Shown here piece after piece: positions 10,454 through 25,435 of a DNA stretch of 64,000 bases. The notes beneath the pieces are model-generated. The model was not told the DNA's origin. It saw only the letters and a list, made by a program, of their open reading frames with translations, and made no database searches. The DNA is from Candidatus Latescibacterota bacterium (lineage in GTDB: Bacteria; Latescibacterota; UBA2968). A program made the translations under genes and the position numbers. Position 1 is the stretch's first letter, and each line of letters begins with the position of its first letter. The stretch covers positions 2,688,001 to 2,752,000 of the forward strand of contig OZ240241.1 in assembly GCA_965198115.1 (NCBI GenBank), given 5' to 3'.

Positions 10454-11520
10454 GTCAGACCGCGCTGTCGAAGCGTGCGCCACATGGCGACGAGGCTGAG
10501 TTGAAGGTTGATGTTGCGACGGTTCATTTCCCGGATTCGTTCAATCTCGGTCGCGGTGGCGGCGATCAGTCTCTCATCGAACAGCGACGCCAGGTGCTTC
10601 AGCGTCTCCAACCTCGGCGCACCCGGTGGAAACGCCTCATCGTCCCGGAGCCTGAAACGCAGGGTCTCGGCCAACAGAACCTCTGCCGCCTTCAAAAGGT
10701 CGAAGACCCCCTGTTTGTCCGAAGCCAATCGTTCGAGGGCACCGAACGTCTGTGCATCACGCCCGGTGACGAGCGCTTCCAGAAAGCGATGGGCCCGCGT
10801 CTGCAAAGCCGCCACGTCTTCGCCCGTCAGTGCGATCGCGCGTCGAAGATTGCCCCCCGAGGCGTCCGCCGCATAATCGGCCACGGCCTCGCTGACTGAT
10901 GTCAACGTTCTGAGATGCTGCTTCAACTCCGCCCGCGCAATCGGTCCGAAAGCCAGCAGCTGACAACGCGAAACGATCGTCGGCAGCAGGCGATCGGGTG
11001 AGGGCGCTGTCAGGATGATCAGAGAACGATCGGGTGGCTCCTCGAGTGTTTTGAGCAGAATGTTGGCAGCCTCTGGACGAATGTGATGGGCGTTCAGGAA
11101 CACCATCGTCCGCCATCCTCCTTCGAAACTGCCATAGGCGAACTCTTTGACGCCGGCCCGCAGCCGATCCACGACGACCGAGGTCCCCTCGTCGGGCAGA
11201 GGATAACCGTAAGGGTCGACAACGGATTCCTCCGCAACTCTTCGAATCTCCTCATCTTTCGTGCTCTTCGTGGCGGGCACGATCACGTTGAAATCGGGGT
11301 GGCCGAGGGACCGCGTTCGTCCGCAGGCTGCGCAGTCTTCGCAGGCACCAGCCTCCCCGCGTTCACAATGCAACGAGCGCGCGAGTTCGATCGCCACGGC
11401 CGTCTTACCCACGCCCTCGGGGCCCCAGAAAAGGAGGGCGTGCGGCAATCGATCCGACGAGCGGAGCCTTTCGAGGATGCGTCGAACACGCGGCTGGCCA
11501 ATGATGCGATCGGAGAACAC
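10450..11520 (-). CDS. holB: DNA polymerase III delta prime subunit
   Basis: HALLFWGPEGVGK, Zn Cys cluster, HPD, AANILLKTLEEPP, LLPTIVSRC. Confidence 0.92.
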   Translation of the reverse strand: MFSDRIIGQPRVRRILERLRSSDRLPHALLFWGPEGVGKTAVAIELARSLHCERGEAGACEDCAACGRTRSLGHPDFNVIVPATKSTKDEEIRRVAEESVVDPYGYPLPDEGTSVVVDRLRAGVKEFAYGSFEGGWRTMVFLNAHHIRPEAANILLKTLEEPPDRSLIILTAPSPDRLLPTIVSRCQLLAFGPIARAELKQHLRTLTSVSEAVADYAADASGGNLRRAIALTGEDVAALQTRAHRFLEALVTGRDAQTFGALERLASDKQGVFDLLKAAEVLLAETLRFRLRDDEAFPPGAPRLETLKHLASLFDERLIAATATEIERIREMNRRNINLQLSLVAMWRTLRQRGLT

Positions 11521-11527
11521 GATGGAC

Positions 11528-12586
11528 TCAGTTCAGGGCAATGCCGGTTTCCGCACAAAAAAACCGGACAGATTCGGCGTCGAAACGGAGACCCACTCGC
11601 TCGCCGGCACTCGGACACGCGCTCCCCACAACACGCACGACCAGCGCGAGCCCCGAGGCATCCGTGTAGAGCAGCGTTTCGCTGCCCGTGGGCTCGACGA
11701 CATCTACGGCAGCGACCACCGTCGCATCGTCATCCGGCACGACCTCGACGTGTTCGGGACGGACGCCCAGAACGGTCGGGCCTCCCGGCAATGATCGATC
11801 GTCGAGCGTGATTTTCAACCCGTCGCCCTCGAATGAGCCACCGTCGATTCGTCCTTCGATGAAATTCATGGACGGCGTTCCGATGAAACTAGCCACGAAT
11901 CGGTTTGCAGGCCTGGTGTAGAGATCCATGGGGCTACCCAGCTGCTGCAGCCGCCCCGATTGCAAAACGGCGATCCGGTCCCCCATCGTCATCGCCTCGA
12001 CCTAGTCGTGGGTCACATAGATCATCGTCACACCCAACTTCCGATGAAGTCGATTCAGCTCGGTACGCATCTGTGCGCGAAGCTTGGCGTCCAGGTTCGA
12101 CAGCGGCTCGTCGAACAGAAACACCTTCGGGTTCCGGACGATGGCCCTCCCCAATGCCACCCTCTGACGTTGACCACCCGAAAGGGCACGAGGTTTCCGA
12201 TCGAAAAGATCATCCAGCCCAAGAATGGCCGCAGCCGACCCCACGGCTTCATCGATCTGGCTCTGCGGCAATTTTCGAAGTTTCAGTCCAAAAGCCAGGT
12301 TTTCACGCACCGTCATGTGCGGATACAGGGCGTAGTTTTGGAAAACCATCGATACGTCACGGTCTTTGGGCGCAATTTCGTTCGCCCGAACGCCACCAAT
12401 GAAAATGTCGCCAGACGTCGGCGACTCGAGTCCGGCCATCATCCGGAGCATCGTGGACTTGCCGCACCCAGAGGGTCCCACGAGGACGAGGAATTCGCCG
12501 TCGCGCACCTCCAGATTGACCGTGTCGACGGCAACCACACCCCCTTCGAATTCTTTTCGGAGATTTTTCAGAACAACATCGGCCAT
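11528..12586 (-). pseudogene. MalK/UgpC-type sugar ABC transporter ATPase interrupted by an in-frame TAG at 12002-12004
   Basis: [48 protein letters not shown] (family has Q at the stop); both ORF pieces in the same frame. Confidence 0.88.
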
Positions 12587-12657
12587 CTGACACCTGGATC
12601 GGGATGCGAAAACGAGCGAAAGTGTTTGAAAAATAGTAACCTTGCGCCTGAAACCGG

Positions 12658-13173
12658 TCAAGAAATATCACCGGACGCATCCCGCTTCGCGACCCAATCC
12701 GACAAACTTCCCTCGATCGGTTTGATCATCACCACGGCGTCCTCTCGCGGCCGTCGGTAGTAATCCCGACGAATGGCCACCGTTTCGAACCCACGGCTCC
12801 GGTAGAGCCCTGTCGCCGCCCCGTTCGAAGCCCGCACCTCAAGGGTGACCACCTGCACGCCCAACCCGCTCAGCTCTTCGAGCATCGCGTCGATCAGGAG
12901 CCCGCCCGTGCCCTCGCCCCGATGATCAGGATCGACGGCCAGGTCGGTCAGATGGTATTCTCCGTCGACCCGATACCCGACCGCATAGCCCAGAATCGTG
13001 CTGGCCTGTCGCGCGACCCGGCAGAGGCTGCCACGCTGCGCCATCGCTCGTTCGAAATCGTGCGTCTGCCAGGGCGTAGAAAACGAAGCCTGCTCGATCG
13101 TCGTGACGATTGGTAGGTCGCTCTCACGCATCGGCTCCAGGCTGAACGGCCGGTCGCTACTATCCCTGTCCAT
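12658..13173 (-). CDS. rimI: Ribosomal protein S18-alanine N-acetyltransferase
   Basis: [38 protein letters not shown]; next to tsaB. Confidence 0.9.
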   Translation of the reverse strand: MDRDSSDRPFSLEPMRESDLPIVTTIEQASFSTPWQTHDFERAMAQRGSLCRVARQASTILGYAVGYRVDGEYHLTDLAVDPDHRGEGTGGLLIDAMLEELSGLGVQVVTLEVRASNGAATGLYRSRGFETVAIRRDYYRRPREDAVVMIKPIEGSLSDWVAKRDASGDIS

Positions 13174-13858
13174 TTCGCTCTTTAGCCCGTTCCCGTTCGG
13201 CTTGTGAAGCGCGGCAGTAATTCGGCTCGGCCTGGTCGACGTCGACGATTTGGCCTGCCTCGATCTGGAGGGCCCCCAACCGGGCAATCGTTCCGCCATC
13301 GGGATCGCACAATTCTCGGGGGGCCACCGTCGCGCCTTCGACCGCCGTCAGTTCCTCCTCAAATTTGGTCGCACCCTCTCCCAAAAAGACCATGGGCTCG
13401 ATCATTTCCTCGATTACCCTGTCGAATGCCATCGCGCGATCCGCGACAATCACCGCAACCCCATCGCGTGAGACCTCGTAAATACCCGCATAAACGAGGC
13501 CTCGGCGTGCATCCAGCATCGGACAGACACGCTGGCGTTCGCCACCGATCAACCGTGATGCCAATCCTTCGAGCGTCGACACGAGTGCGAGAGGAAGGTC
13601 GGCAGCAAGGGCGATCCCCTTCGCTGTGCTCAGCCCGATACGAAGACCGGTGAAGGATCCGGGACCTGCAGAAACGGCCAATCCGCCCACGTCCTGATGG
13701 ACCAGACCGGCCGATTTCAGCGCGACCTCCACCATCGGTAACAGGCGCTCGGCGTGCTGCCGACCGGGGGGGGCCGTCTCAACAGAAAGGATGGTGGCCC
13801 CGTCCGCCAGACCGACACTACAAACGGGCGTTGCGGTTTCGATTCCGAGCGTGATCAA
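13160..13858 (-). CDS. tsaB: tRNA t6A biosynthesis protein TsaB
   Basis: LGIETAT, HAERLLP, GPGSFTGLRIG, DARRG. Confidence 0.94.
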   Translation of the reverse strand: MITLGIETATPVCSVGLADGATILSVETAPPGRQHAERLLPMVEVALKSAGLVHQDVGGLAVSAGPGSFTGLRIGLSTAKGIALAADLPLALVSTLEGLASRLIGGERQRVCPMLDARRGLVYAGIYEVSRDGVAVIVADRAMAFDRVIEEMIEPMVFLGEGATKFEEELTAVEGATVAPRELCDPDGGTIARLGALQIEAGQIVDVDQAEPNYCRASQAERERAKERNGQG

Positions 13859-13874
13859 GAAGGATGAGAGACCA

Positions 13875-14900
13875 TCAGATCAACCGAATCTGCGCTTCGT
13901 CTTTGGGTAGCTGAATACCGAGGTGGGAGTAGGCGAGCGGCGTGGCCTGCCGTCCGCTGGAGGTGCGGATCAGGAATCCCTGCTGAATCAGGAAAGGCTC
14001 GTAGACGTCCTGGATCGTCTCCATCTCCTCGCCGAGTGCAGTCGCCAGGTTGTTGAGCCCGACGGGCCCCCCGGCGAATTTTTCGATCAGCAGCAGAAGG
14101 AGTCGGCGATCCATGTCGTCGAGCCCGATCCCATCGATCTCGTGCAGTTTAAGCGCAGCCTCGGCCACTTCGCGCGTGATCACACCGTCCGCCCGCATCT
14201 GGGCATAATCCCTCGCGCGATTGAGGAGCCGATTCGCGATCCGTGCGGTCCCCCGACAGCGGTGGGCGATCTCGCGGGCGCCGTCCGGATCCAATCGAAT
14301 GTCGAGAATACCGGCAGAGCGTTCGACGATCGTCTGCAGTTCGTCGTCGCTGTAGAAATCGAGGCGCTCGATCATCCCGAAGCGTGATCGCATCGGCTCG
14401 GACAAGAGACCCAGCCGTGTCGTCGCGCCGATCAGCGTGAACGATTCCAATGAGATACGGTATGAGCGGGCGTTCGGTCCACTGTCGATCATAATGTCGA
14501 GTGCGAAATCCTCCATGGCCAAATACAGATGCTCTTCGACCACCCGGTTCATCCGGTGAACCTCGTCGATGAACAGGACGTCACGTTCACCCAGGTTCGT
14601 AAGAATGCCCCCTAGATCGGTCGGACGCTCGAGGACGGGGCCCGACGTAGGCGTCAACTCGACGTCGAGCTCGTTGGCGATCACGTGGGCGAGGGTCGTC
14701 TTCCCCAGACCCGGCGGCCCATAGAGCAGAACGTGATCCATGGCATCGCCTCGTTGGCGGGCAGCCTGAACGGCGATCTTCAGCTTTTCTTGAACCTTCT
14801 CCTGCCCGGCCATTTCCGAAAAGCGGAGTGGGCGAAGCTTCTGCTCTTGTTCGAGGGCGTCATTGTCGAGCTGTTCGGAAGTGATGAATCTTTCAGCCAC
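13875..14900 (-). CDS. ruvB: Holliday junction branch migration helicase RuvB
   Basis: LRP, GPPGLGKTT, TSGP, FIDEVHR, LIGATTR, RSRFG, YEPFLIQ. Confidence 0.97.
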   Translation of the reverse strand: MAERFITSEQLDNDALEQEQKLRPLRFSEMAGQEKVQEKLKIAVQAARQRGDAMDHVLLYGPPGLGKTTLAHVIANELDVELTPTSGPVLERPTDLGGILTNLGERDVLFIDEVHRMNRVVEEHLYLAMEDFALDIMIDSGPNARSYRISLESFTLIGATTRLGLLSEPMRSRFGMIERLDFYSDDELQTIVERSAGILDIRLDPDGAREIAHRCRGTARIANRLLNRARDYAQMRADGVITREVAEAALKLHEIDGIGLDDMDRRLLLLLIEKFAGGPVGLNNLATALGEEMETIQDVYEPFLIQQGFLIRTSSGRQATPLAYSHLGIQLPKDEAQIRLI

Positions 14901-14923
14901 GTTGACCTCGCCGATCTGTGGTT

Positions 14924-15517
14924 TCAGATGGATCTCAGGGCCGCCTTGATGACTACCTCGACGGTCACCTCTTCATCCTGCTCGTCGATCACTTGCGACA
15001 CGACTCGGCGGGCCTGCCCGGGATTTGCCCCCAGCCCGATCAGCGCAGACACCGCTTCTTCGGCCACCTCGACGGACTCCCCATCGCCCTCGAACGCGAC
15101 CACATCGCCTTCGACTGCCATCACACGGTCCTTGAGCTCCAGGACAAGACGCTGGGCGATCTTTTGCCCGATTCCCTTGATCCGCGTCAACCCCTTCGCA
15201 TCACCCGCCAGCACCAGCAGTTTGAAATCACGGATCGTGATTCCCGAAAGGATTTTTTGTGCCATCGGAGGTCCAATGCCCGACACGGCGACGAGCAATC
15301 TGAACAACGTGCGCTCGGCCTCGGTCGTGAAGCCGTAAAGCGCCAGCACGTCTTCGCGAACGTGAAGGTGGGCGAACAACTGTATCGGATCGCCTTGCTG
15401 TCGTGACGTGTCGAACGAGGACAGCGACGTATGGAGGTGGATTCCCAACCCTCCGACGTCGATCACGACGTGGGTTGGTGCGTTCTCCGCCAGCTTGCCG
15501 GAGACGTAGTCGATCAT
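14924..15517 (-). CDS. ruvA: Holliday junction DNA-binding protein RuvA
   Basis: ATG at 15517: MIDYVSGKL, HVREDVLALYGF, VSGIGP, IKGIGQKIAQRLVLELKD. Confidence 0.95.
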   Translation of the reverse strand: MIDYVSGKLAENAPTHVVIDVGGLGIHLHTSLSSFDTSRQQGDPIQLFAHLHVREDVLALYGFTTEAERTLFRLLVAVSGIGPPMAQKILSGITIRDFKLLVLAGDAKGLTRIKGIGQKIAQRLVLELKDRVMAVEGDVVAFEGDGESVEVAEEAVSALIGLGANPGQARRVVSQVIDEQDEEVTVEVVIKAALRSI

Positions 15518-16083
15518 TTGGCAAAGCGCCTGGCTTGAGCCGGGTCGGCGCCCGCGGCGATCAATCGTTCTGCCATCGACGAAGGATTTCTCTGCCCCAC
15601 GTAGTATCCAGAACGTCCGCTGCGATGGGCGTGACAGAGTGCGACAGCAACAGCGTCCGTTACGTCGAGCGGCGTGTCCCCCTCGCCAACAGGTCCGAGC
15701 ACCTTCTCCACCATGAACTGGACCTGCTCCTTGGCCGCGTTGCCGTTTCCAACCACTGCCTTCTTTACCTCGCGGGGCGCGTACTCGAAAAAAGGTACGT
15801 TCGCACGAGCCACCGCAGTCAGAATCGTCCCGCGGGCGTGACACATCTTCATGAGGGTCTGAACGTTGGCCCCGTGAAACACAGCCTCGACGGCAACGGC
15901 GTCTGGCCGGCGGCGTTTGACGAGGTCCTGGAACTGCTCGTGGATGTCGAGGAGCCTTCGCTCGAAGGATACGTTGGTGACGGGACGAATGCAGCCCGCC
16001 TCGATCAGTCGATGATGACGCGAGGTTTCCACATACCCATATCCCGTGACGACGCTGCCGGGATCGATCCCGAGGATGATCAC
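15514..16083 (-). CDS. ruvC: Crossover junction endodeoxyribonuclease RuvC
   Basis: GTG at 16083: IILGIDPG, VAVEAVF, VKKAVVGNGNAAKEQV, DAVAVALCH. Confidence 0.95.
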   Translation of the reverse strand: MIILGIDPGSVVTGYGYVETSRHHRLIEAGCIRPVTNVSFERRLLDIHEQFQDLVKRRRPDAVAVEAVFHGANVQTLMKMCHARGTILTAVARANVPFFEYAPREVKKAVVGNGNAAKEQVQFMVEKVLGPVGEGDTPLDVTDAVAVALCHAHRSGRSGYYVGQRNPSSMAERLIAAGADPAQARRFAK

Positions 16084-16276
16084 TGCGGAGGCCTTTCTCC
16101 GAAAGGGAGGACCTCTTTCGCACGACCCGCCTTCGTTCAAGCTTCGGCGGACAAGAACGCCGTCGCTTAACGCGCTTCGCCGGGGTTTCGGGCGTCGGGC
16201 ACTCAGGCGGACACAGATGCAACAGAGGACAGGCGTGGGTGAAACAAGGGGAAAAGTTGATAGCGCCCGGGGGGAT

Positions 16277-17029
16277 TCAGGCAGAGGTGAGTGTGGCCAT
16301 CTCCTCGTCGTCGACTTCGAAATTGGCGTAGACGTTCTGGATGTCGTCGTTGTCGTCGAGGGCCTCTAGGAGGGTGATGAGTTGCTTGGCGGTGTTACCC
16401 TCGACAGGGACGGTGTTTTGCGGGATGCGGGTCAGTGCTGCGCGCTCGATCGGAATGCTCGCCTCCTCGACGGCTTTTCGAACATTGTCGAACGATTGCA
16501 GCGGCGTCAGCACCTCGAACACGTCGTCGCCCTCGATCAGATCGTCGGCCCCGGCGTCGACGGCGACGTTCATCAAGGTCTCTTCGTCGGTCTCTTCCTT
16601 GGCGACGACGACCGAGCCCATCTGCTCGAAAATCCAGCCGACCGAGCCCGTTTCGGCCATGCTACCGTGGTACTTGTTGAACAGATGGCGAACCTCGGAC
16701 ACCGTTCTGTTCTTGTTATCGGTCAGAACCTCGACGAACAGGGCCACGCCTCCGGGACCATAGCCTTCGTAGATGGCCCCTTCATAGCTCTCGCCTTCGA
16801 GGTCACCGGTGCCCTTTTGGATTGCGCGTTCGATCGTGTTGGCAGGCATGTTCTCGCCCTTAGCCGCCTGGACAGCCGCGCGCAGCCGTGGGTTTGAACC
16901 CTCGTCACCGCCTCCCTCCCTGGCGGACACATTGATTTCGCGAATCAGCTTGGTGAAGACCTTGCTCCGCCTGGCGTCCTGCCGACCCTTGCGGTGCTTG
17001 ATGTTCGCCCATTTTGAGTGTCCGGCCAT
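16277..17029 (-). CDS. yebC: YebC/PmpR family protein
   Basis: MAGHSKWANIKHRK, NPRLR, YEGYGPGG, TDNKNRT, DDIQNVYAN; upstream of ruvC as usual. Confidence 0.96.
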   Translation of the reverse strand: MAGHSKWANIKHRKGRQDARRSKVFTKLIREINVSAREGGGDEGSNPRLRAAVQAAKGENMPANTIERAIQKGTGDLEGESYEGAIYEGYGPGGVALFVEVLTDNKNRTVSEVRHLFNKYHGSMAETGSVGWIFEQMGSVVVAKEETDEETLMNVAVDAGADDLIEGDDVFEVLTPLQSFDNVRKAVEEASIPIERAALTRIPQNTVPVEGNTAKQLITLLEALDDNDDIQNVYANFEVDDEEMATLTSA

Positions 17030-17135
17030 CGTTCCTCACCCACGCTCTGACTGGGAAACCGAGGACTGAAACCCGCGTAACCGGTTGTTAATGTAGCAAG
17101 AAGGCCCATGCCGGGCAACACTCAAATGCCGCGTC

Positions 17136-17711
17136 CTACGGGCGTTTTTCGACCCAAACGAACCTCTCGGGGTTCCGGTCGCCTCGCTCCACATCCGGTT
17201 CGACGACACCTCGCACGACCCCCATCAGTGCCAGGTCAGCCACGACCCGATCGACAATCGTCCCCGATGTGGCCTCGTCGACGTGCCCATCTCGCAGCTC
17301 ATCGGGGGCGGCTTCGTACTGAGGTTTCAAGAGGGCCAGGCAGAAACCGTTCGACTTCAATAACGATAAGGCTTTTGGAACCACCTTGCCCAGGGGCGTC
17401 CAGCCCACATCGGCCACCACCACATCACAGGGCTCCTCCAGCGCCACGTGCAGCGCGTTCCGTCGTTCCACCACCACCACGCGCTCGTCTGTCCGAAGCT
17501 TCCAATCGAGCACACCGTAGCCTGTCTCGACGGCGTAGACCCTTGCCGCCCCCCTTTGCAACAGGCAATCGGTGAACCCGCCGACGTTCGCGCCGAGGTC
17601 TGCCGCGACCACGTCAGTGACATCCACACCGAAATGGTCGAGTGCGCTCTCCAGCTTGTCGCCCCCGCGGCTCACGAATCGTCCGCTGCGTTGTCGGTTG
17701 CTTTTCGCCAT
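17136..17711 (-). CDS. tlyA: TlyA-family RNA methyltransferase, short form without the S4 domain
   Basis: FVSRGGDKL, DLGANVGGFTDCLLQRGA, LLKPQYE, N.E near C-terminus. Confidence 0.85.
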   Translation of the reverse strand: MAKSNRQRSGRFVSRGGDKLESALDHFGVDVTDVVAADLGANVGGFTDCLLQRGAARVYAVETGYGVLDWKLRTDERVVVVERRNALHVALEEPCDVVVADVGWTPLGKVVPKALSLLKSNGFCLALLKPQYEAAPDELRDGHVDEATSGTIVDRVVADLALMGVVRGVVEPDVERGDRNPERFVWVEKRP

Positions 17712-17714
17712 ACC

Positions 17715-17747
17715 AAGAAAACGGCAACTCCATCTTGGAGCCGCCGT
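17715..17747 (-). terminator. Intrinsic terminator after the EF-G gene
   Basis: Minus strand ACGGCGGCTCC-AAGAT-GGAGTTGCCGT followed by TTTCTT. Confidence 0.65.
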
Positions 17748-17813
17748 CGTAAATTGTGCAGGTTTCAGGGTGGAGGGGCAGGGTGGCCCGCTCGCGCCCT
17801 ATCCCAGTCTCTC

Positions 17814-19901
17814 CTAGGCCTCGACCGCCTCGGCCTCGACTTTGGACTCGGCCACGATCTTCTGAGTCAGCTGTGTGGGAACCGGCTCGAAGTGATCGAG
17901 CGTCATCGTGTAGTCCCCGGTGCCTTGGGTCATCGACCGGAGTGCGGTCGAATACTTGTAGAGTTCGGCCAGCGGCACTTCGGCTCGTATGACCTGGAAG
18001 CTTCCCTCGGGATCCATCCCCTGGATACGGCCTCTCCGCGAATTCAGGTCGCCCATTACTTCTCCCATATACTGCTCTGGGACCCGGATTTCCACGTTGT
18101 AAATGGGCTCGAGCAAGATCGGCTTGGCACCCAGAAACGCATCCTGGAAAGCGCGCGAACCGGCCATCTTGAAGGCCATTTCCGAAGAATCGACCGCGTG
18201 GTAGGACCCATCGTAGACCGTGACCTTGGTGTCGACCACCCGGTAACCGGCCAGCGGGCCCTCGTCCATCGACTCGCTGATGCCCTTTTCCACTGCAGGG
18301 ATGTAGTTCCTCGGAATGTTCCCACCCACGACCGCGTCGTCGAACTCATAGCCTTCGCCCCGCCCCCGAGCCTCGATGCGGAGATAAACCTCGCCAAACT
18401 GGCCGCGGCCACCGGACTGCTTTTTGTGTCGATGATGCCCCTCAGCCTTCCCCATGATCGTCTCCCGGTAAGGAATGCGGGGTTCGACCATGTTGACCTC
18501 GACGCCGAACTTCCGGTTCAGTTTGTCCAGCACGACTGTCAGGTGCAGTTCGCCTTGGCCTTCGACGATGATCTGCTTGAGTTCCGGGTCGTAGCCCGAC
18601 AGAAAACTCGGATCCTCCTCGTGAATTCGATGCAGCCCCGTGCTAATCTTTTCCTCATCCCCGCGAGATTTGGGTTCCACCGCGATCCGAATGAGCGGGT
18701 GTGGAAACTCGAGAGGAGCGACCAGTACGCCGTTCTGCTTCTCCGTGATCGTGTTCCCGGTGTGTGTGTCCTTCAGCTTCATCAGGGCCCCCATGTCGCC
18801 GGGGCCGATCGAATCCGCGTCCTCCCTCTGGGAACCGTTCAGGTAGTAGGTCTGACCGATGCGCTCGTTGGCCTCGAGACTTGCGTTGTAGGCATCGACA
18901 CCGCCCTCGAGGGAGCCACAGAAAACGCGAACGAACGACAGGTCACCGACTGATTCCGAGATCGTCTTGAAAACCACCGCGGCGAGCGCCTGCCCGTTCT
19001 CAGGCTGAAGCTCGATTTCGTCACCTCCGCCAAGGGGCGTTGCCGTATGGGGAGATACGTCTTTCGGGGAGGGTATGCCGACATCCATGAAATCCAGGAA
19101 GAGATCGGCGCCGATGGCCTTGGAAGCATCGCCGCAGAGAACGGGAAACACCATTCGTCCAGCGATCCCCGCACGGAGCCCAGCCGCGATTTCCTCATCC
19201 GTCAGCTCGCCCTCCTCGAGATATTTTTCGAGCAGTTCATCGCTCCCCTCTGCTATGGCTTCGACGACCCGCTCCCTCATCGTGGCCACCTGATCCTGCA
19301 GCTCGGCAGGCACATCGCCCACGTCGGACTTGCCACTGCCATCGGTCTGGTAGGTCACCAGCTTATTCTTCAGCACGTCGACGACCTGGTTGAACCCGAC
19401 ACCCTGATTGACGGGAATCTGAACGGGCACCACGCTTTGGCCAAAATGCTCCTGCAAGCTGGCCAGGGTGCTGTCGAAATCTGCCTGCTCCTTATCGACG
19501 TGATTCACGAAGAACACGGCAGATCGTCCGTACTCTTCACAGAATCCCCATACCTTGTCCGTGCCGATTTCGACGCCTGATTGGGCGTGGACGACGATCA
19601 CCGCGGCATCGGCCGCCCAAACAGCGGCTTTGGCATCGCCAATGAAGTCAGCGTAACCCGGTGCATCGACGGCATTCACCTTTGCGCCCTGCCACTCGCA
19701 GTGCAGGAGCGACGCGCTGATCGAGATTTGGCGCTCTTTTTCGGAGTCCGTGAAATCAGAGGTGGTGCTACCTTCATCCACGGTTCCTAGGCGATTCGTC
19801 TTCCCTGCGACGAAAAGCATGGCCTCGGCGAGCGAAGTTTTACCGGTTCCACTATGTCCGACGAATGCAATGTTCCTGATCTGATCGGGAGAATGACTCA
19901 C
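17814..19901 (-). CDS. fusA: Elongation factor G paralogue (EF-G2-like)
   Basis: IRNIAFVGHSGTGKT, ERQISI, DAPGYADF, KKQSGGRGQFG, GSYHAVDSSEMAF, ILLEPI, LRSMTQG; not in an str operon. Confidence 0.9.
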   Translation of the reverse strand: MSHSPDQIRNIAFVGHSGTGKTSLAEAMLFVAGKTNRLGTVDEGSTTSDFTDSEKERQISISASLLHCEWQGAKVNAVDAPGYADFIGDAKAAVWAADAAVIVVHAQSGVEIGTDKVWGFCEEYGRSAVFFVNHVDKEQADFDSTLASLQEHFGQSVVPVQIPVNQGVGFNQVVDVLKNKLVTYQTDGSGKSDVGDVPAELQDQVATMRERVVEAIAEGSDELLEKYLEEGELTDEEIAAGLRAGIAGRMVFPVLCGDASKAIGADLFLDFMDVGIPSPKDVSPHTATPLGGGDEIELQPENGQALAAVVFKTISESVGDLSFVRVFCGSLEGGVDAYNASLEANERIGQTYYLNGSQREDADSIGPGDMGALMKLKDTHTGNTITEKQNGVLVAPLEFPHPLIRIAVEPKSRGDEEKISTGLHRIHEEDPSFLSGYDPELKQIIVEGQGELHLTVVLDKLNRKFGVEVNMVEPRIPYRETIMGKAEGHHRHKKQSGGRGQFGEVYLRIEARGRGEGYEFDDAVVGGNIPRNYIPAVEKGISESMDEGPLAGYRVVDTKVTVYDGSYHAVDSSEMAFKMAGSRAFQDAFLGAKPILLEPIYNVEIRVPEQYMGEVMGDLNSRRGRIQGMDPEGSFQVIRAEVPLAELYKYSTALRSMTQGTGDYTMTLDHFEPVPTQLTQKIVAESKVEAEAVEA

Positions 19902-20048
19902 GGTCAACGTCCTCCGCAGTTCTACGTGGCTTATCGGGATTATCCAGGCCTTGAAGGCCCGATTGCCGGACACTTTTAGCGGTCCGGGACGGGGCAATTA
20001 ACGGCCCTCGACACGCGAGGTCAACCATATTTCACCAAAACCCACAGC

Positions 20049-20084
20049 AAAAGAAACGCCCAAGTCCCTAAAGACTCAGGCGTT
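20049..20084 (-). terminator. Intrinsic terminator of the rRNA operon
   Basis: Minus strand AACGCCTGAGTC-TTTAGG-GACTTGGGCGTT then TCTTTT, ~30 nt after 5S. Confidence 0.7.
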
Positions 20085-20113
20085 AGCCCACTCGATTGGA
20101 GCGGGTAGAATAT

Positions 20114-20231
20114 TCCCGGCGACGACCTACTCTCCCACAAGGTCTCCCAAGCAGTACCATCGGCGCTGGAGGGCTTAACTACTCTGTTCGGAATGGGAAG
20201 AGGTGTTTCCCCTCCGCTTTAGCCGCCAGGA
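20114..20231 (-). rRNA. rrf: 5S rRNA
   Basis: Reverse complement contains CCCATTCCGAAC, GATGGTACTG, GAGAGTAGGTCG with pairing ends; ends approximate. Confidence 0.95.
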
Positions 20232-20380
20232 AAATGTCAACGAGTCGGCCACAATGGGCCGACTCGCAAGCAACGCGTGAGCGTTGCCTGAATACGGGTG
20301 TGCTGCTTCCGAGAAGCTATCGTTCCTGCGGACGGAAGCGCTGGAACGATCTGCTAAAAGGCTGTTGTGATTTGAAAAAA

Positions 20381-23406
<3,026 letters not shown>

Positions 23407-23581
23407 AAAACAGGCCTTTAAGCAGATCGCTCTTGCGCTCCCGTCCGTCGTCCTGAATGGACGGAAGGCCAAAGCAAATCAGTCCTAAAATGCACTTCTC
23501 GGACTGCAGCATTACACCCGTATTCAGTTGTCAAAGAACAGCCTGCGGAACAGCGTCCCGCCTAAACCGTAGGATCACAGT

Positions 23582-23657
23582 TGGTGGAGATAACCGGGCT
23601 CGAACCGGTGACCTCAGCCTTGCAAAGGCCGCGCTCTCCCAACTGAGCTATATCCCC
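23582..23657 (-). tRNA. tRNA-Ala(TGC)
   Basis: GGGGATATAGCTCAGTTGGGAGAGC..TTGCAA..GGTTCGAGCCC..CCACCA. Confidence 0.97.
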
Positions 23658-23711
23658 ACGCTCTCAAAGAACGATCAAAATATAAGCCGCCCCAAAAGGC
23701 GACTTTAGTTT

Positions 23712-23788
23712 TGGTGGGCCTAAGTGGAATTGAACCACTGACCTCGCGCTTATCAGGCGCGCGCTCTAACCATCTGAGCTATAGGCCC
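23712..23788 (-). tRNA. tRNA-Ile(GAT)
   Basis: GGGCCTATAGCTCAGATGGTTAGAGC..CTGATAA..GGTTCAATTCC..CCACCA. Confidence 0.97.
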
Positions 23789-23890
23789 GATCGATCTTCG
23801 AAAACCGAATAACGTGCACGAATCGAACGAATGGCATTGACCAGGAGTAGACAAAGGCGCCGTGTTGAGCGGCCCTCTGTCGTGTCTCCC

Positions 23891-25435
<1,545 letters not shown>

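Noticed and set aside
12002-12004. Genome-wide TAG-to-Gln recoding or pyrrolysine
   Set aside because: TAG ends conserved genes at the expected place (ilvE, EF-G, cyclase) and only one internal TAG was seen; no pyl genes here.
14924-16222. 432-aa RuvA with a long N-terminal extension (also extended starts for proB, hisF, rimI and the 43046 enolase)
   Set aside because: The extensions overlap the upstream genes in another frame; family homology starts at the internal starts given.
20233-20380. Independent ncRNA in the 23S-5S spacer
   Set aside because: Several hairpins are present but they fit an ordinary structured rRNA spacer; no tRNA or known ncRNA signature.
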